A stretch of 64,000 nt of DNA from Takakia lepidozioides (Eukaryota > Plantae > Bryophyta): NCBI GenBank assembly GCA_030704615.1, contig CM060732.1:7378001-7442000 (forward strand), read 5' to 3'. The position numbers were made by a program, and so were the translations under genes. The notes under the pieces are model-generated. The model was not told where the DNA came from. It worked only from the letters and a program-made list of their open reading frames with translations, and did not search any database. This document shows positions 62,701 through 64,000 of this stretch, piece by piece; the stretch's first letter is position 1, and each line of letters opens with the position of its first letter.

Positions 62701-64000
62701 CTAGGGACTTAGGCCGAAAATGGCTAAGTCCCTGAACGGCAATATGGCCTACAACTGGAAAATGGCGCCGAATTTCCACTTCAGGGCCAGCCAGTCTAGG
62801 GACTTAGACCGAAAATGGCTAAGTCCCTGGATGGCAATAGGGCCTGGAACTGGAAAATGGCGCCGAATTTCCAGTTCCGGGCCAGCCAGTCTAGGGACTT
62901 AGCCATTTTCGGAGCCCTGACTGGAAATTCGGCGCCATTTTCCCTAACACCACTTGAGGCCTCTAACATCCTGAAATGCCAGGACTTGAAAGAAAGGCAG
63001 CGCGTATGTACCTGTACAGAAGGCGCATTGCTGCTTTGTCCGCGTTCGGCTGGTCGGTGAACTCGTGGCTCCGGCGAGCATCTGCTATCTCCCGAAAGAA
63101 TAGGTTGGTTTTGTAGAGCAGAAAGTACCTCGTCACATAGTCACGTAGGCTCTCTGCTGCAGGAGATATCTCCATCTTGAACTGATGTGCTTGTGTGTCC
63201 AGCTGCTCTTGCGCATTCGTCGTCACCTGTGGAGATTGTCCATCAGATCGCTTTCCTCAAAAAATACAATGAATCCACCCCCTACTAGAGTAGAAGCCCC
63301 AAACGAAGCGTGGGGAAGTACCTGAAACCACCATTTCATGCGGTTCATCCACATGTCGAATGTGGGGTCAGAGAGTTTGTCCGGTTTGGGGAAGCTCCAC
63401 ATGTCCCTGGTACTTTGGGAACCATTCCAGATTTGGAGCCACCGGGTCTGTCCAACCACCTAGCATATTCGTAAGCGCCAAACACCACAAAAAGGAGTTG
63501 TTGCCACCACAATTTTGTTAAGAATGTATCACCTTTTCTGTTGCATCCACACAGGATGTGGCTAGACGATGGAGCTTCTCCAATGTCATCGTGGGCTTCA
63601 GAGCGCGAGAGTAGTGCTTCCCCACCTCACCAGAAAGTCGGCACCAAGGGCGGGATCAGCTATGGCCACGTACTTTACCATCCGCGACTTGTACTTTATG
63701 CGGGCCCTCACCTCCGCAGCTTTGACATACGATTCGAGTTCCGGGAGGGTTGGATTCTTCTCCTCTGACTCCATGTAGAACCTCCGCGCATGTGCCAAAT
63801 CCTGCAGTATTTTCGTCTGTCAAGAATGCGCACATAAGATTAGAGATCCTGCTCAACACAATTTCTTCTATTGGGGGAGGAGAGACAGATTAGCTCAACA
63901 AAACTGTCTGGAGCTTTACCCGAAATATGTAGTCCACCATGGCGTCGACGCTCAGCCTATACCAAGTTCTGTCTGCCTTTGCCTCCGACTTGCGCAGGAG
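59764..64000 (-). pseudogene. ParB-MTase-like fusion, paralog A copy 2 (3' exons; ParB exon outside window)
   Basis: CDMILLDIPDG, ILDLTCGTG, RHVFAFEPD. Frameshift in a C-run near 61285. Confidence 0.7.
62145..62945. repeat. Intronic tandem repeat, 95-bp unit x ~8
   Basis: CGAAAATGGCTAAGTCCCTG at 62145, 62240, 62335, 62430 and onward. Each unit contains GGAA(A/T)ATGGCGCCGAATTTCC. Confidence 0.92.

Larger units (their letters stand above)
59564..64000. mobile_element. Second copy of the ParB-MTase-carrying MULE (left part; continues beyond window)
   Basis: Starts GGGGGCTGCTATTTCATGAGCGG exactly at the Gypsy breakpoint; colinear with 4664-8910. Confidence 0.85.

Noticed and set aside
62145-62945. 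CRISPR-like array (also 7245-7845 and 11383-11830)
   Set aside because: Whole units repeat with no unique spacers, there are no cas genes, and the context is eukaryotic and intronic or intergenic.

Overview
Eukaryotic, intron-containing, repeat-dense DNA with no intact host gene. It looks like a plant genome, probably a non-seed land plant (inference). The window is a nest of transposons: CACTA/EnSpm pieces (1-4547, ~24-26.5 kb, 51.1-54.4 kb), a full-length Ty3/Gypsy LTR retrotransposon with a TGGCT target-site duplication (35874-49083) plus three related LTR pieces, LINE 3' fragments, and a 1.55-kb inverted repeat. The most notable content is a Mutator-like (MULE) family with GGGGG-type ends. 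It pairs a GCM-like/DDE/SWIM transposase head-to-head with a multi-exon cargo gene encoding a ParB/Sulfiredoxin-like domain fused to a beta-class N4/N6 DNA amino-methyltransferase-like domain. There are three cargo copies from two diverged paralogs. Each subfamily carries its own arrays of palindromic motifs in introns or upstream DNA, which resembles the VANDAL/VANC anti-silencing architecture. Also seen: a SET-domain gene next to CACTA subterminal sequence, and two CACTA ends joined to the identical trinucleotide of the same LTR family. All domain calls come from reading motifs by eye; no searches were run.
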